From Amphiscolops sp. MND2022 (lineage: Eukaryota), in assembly GCA_964187785.1 (NCBI GenBank), contig OZ076409.1:41046001-41110000 (forward strand): a stretch of DNA of 64,000 nucleotides, written 5' to 3'. How positions within the stretch are numbered: the first letter of the stretch is position 1; every line of letters begins with the position of its first letter. Of this stretch, positions 62,778 through 64,000 are shown in pieces. The position numbers and the translations under genes are program-made. The notes beneath the pieces are model-generated. The model was not told the origin of the DNA, ran no database searches, and saw only the letters and a list, made by a program, of their open reading frames with translations.

Positions 62778-63894
62778 AGGAAAAATAAGTCGAGTTAGTC
62801 AATTTTAAAATGCTGTAAAAATGTGTAGAATTGAATTCGAGTGCTAGTTTTCGCCCAATCGACATATTTTGACCCAAATGAGAGATTTAAACTATAAAAT
62901 CGAAAATCGAAGCCAAAAAATTTTCAATTCCCTTCTTACGTCCCATTTTGGATTCCTTTTTCAAAGTCAGTGTATATTTGGACTTTATTCTTTGTTTATC
63001 GTATTTAACTTGATATGAACTCCATATTTGGGCTACGTGGGTGTCTCTAGGACCCATGAGGACTATTTGTCAACTTCACTGAGTATTTCAAAGCAAATAA
63101 CATGTGTAAATGTATGCCTTAATCTTGCTTAAATGTATGCCTTTTATATATACTTTTACATATTTTGGTGTATACCTCAAGCCCAGTTAAATAGTTTGTT
63201 TCTGCTTATTCTATATGTCAAGGCGCTTGTATGGTGATGTTAAATTTAACCACAAACATCCGCCATTTGGTATTTCCTGTATGCTAAAGTAACCAGAGTT
63301 AACTCCTACTAAGACACACAGCAACCAAGTAGAGATTCAAATCAGTCGACTTTGCTACTCAAGTATTGAAGAAAGTGAAAGCTTGGAAGTTTCTCGTACA
63401 ACTAATTCAGTTAACTCTGGCTATTGAAGAGCTTTTTGGAGTTGAGCAAGTGATATTATATTGTTTCGAAGTTCCAACGTCAATTTATTATATTGCATAT
63501 GGTTGCGATATTTTTGCTTGAGAAAGTTATCGTGGACACATAGATTGGGATCGATCAATTGGTTTAGCAGATCAACAGAAGCTACTCGTCATCAGGACAG
63601 CTAAGTTGATTCCTATAGTTACAGTTTAAAGCTACTTTATGTTTGCGAAACAGAATGAGTGCAAAGTCAAAGATGCAGTAATTGCTTCACCGACTTCCGA
63701 AATTTATTCAAAGTAACGCAAGCAAAAATTCTCATTGAAATTAGTTGCGAATTACCTATTGAAGGTTCTTGATAAGTGTTTTTTGCAAGTGCCTTTCCTG
63801 GACATATCAGATATAGGAATTGTCCGCAAGTTGTCAACCAGGCCGTCGTAAAGCTTGGTAAGTGTTTCTGTTAGTTTACTTTGTAGACGCAAAA
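62744..63894 (+). repeat. 3' LTR of the Bel/Pao element
   Basis: Preceded by purine-rich GAAAACGGGGCCGG; direct repeat of 54931-56081. Confidence 0.95.
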
Positions 63895-64000
63895 ACGGAT
63901 AAAATTGCTAAAACATTGGAATTGTGCCTGTTATTCACCAACCCGCAGGCTGCTGCATCTCTTCTAGTGTGCACAATTTGTCATATTCACAAGATTTTAG

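Larger units (their letters stand above)
54931..63894 (+). mobile_element. Full-length Bel/Pao LTR retrotransposon (8964 bp), coding region disabled
   Basis: 1151-bp LTRs at 54931-56081 and 62744-63894; TSD ACGGA at 54926-54930 and 63895-63899; Bel/Pao-type polyprotein. Confidence 0.96.

Overview
AT-rich, repeat-dominated eukaryotic (animal-like) DNA; no prokaryotic operons, rRNA or CRISPR. Four LTR-type insertions have boundaries that can be read from the sequence. (1) A 16.1-kb Ty3/Gypsy element (22645-38710, minus strand, 1742-bp LTRs, GGCAG target-site duplication). Its gag starts about 195 codons inside the LTR and gag-pol uses an A-AAA-AAC -1 frameshift. Between pol and the 3' LTR it carries a 6-kb accessory cassette: an antisense, intron-containing gene of about 1270 aa resembling a catalytically dead hAT transposase with a BED-type zinc finger, plus a divergent ORF with a SUMO-interacting-like motif. 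(2) A Bel/Pao element (54931-63894, 1151-bp LTRs ending in AA rather than CA). (3) A related 1657-bp solo LTR (18992-20648) containing an SGNH-hydrolase ORF with all four motif blocks. (4) A 7.6-kb LTR element (46920-54562) with no visible gag/pol, encoding a three-AT-hook protein. The window also holds a cluster of long perfect palindromes (43.8-46.0 kb, plus one at 4.6 kb), many MITE-like repeats and decayed gag relics, and a plausible host gene whose three visible introns would all be GC-AG. All protein-family calls are by-eye motif recognition, not database searches.
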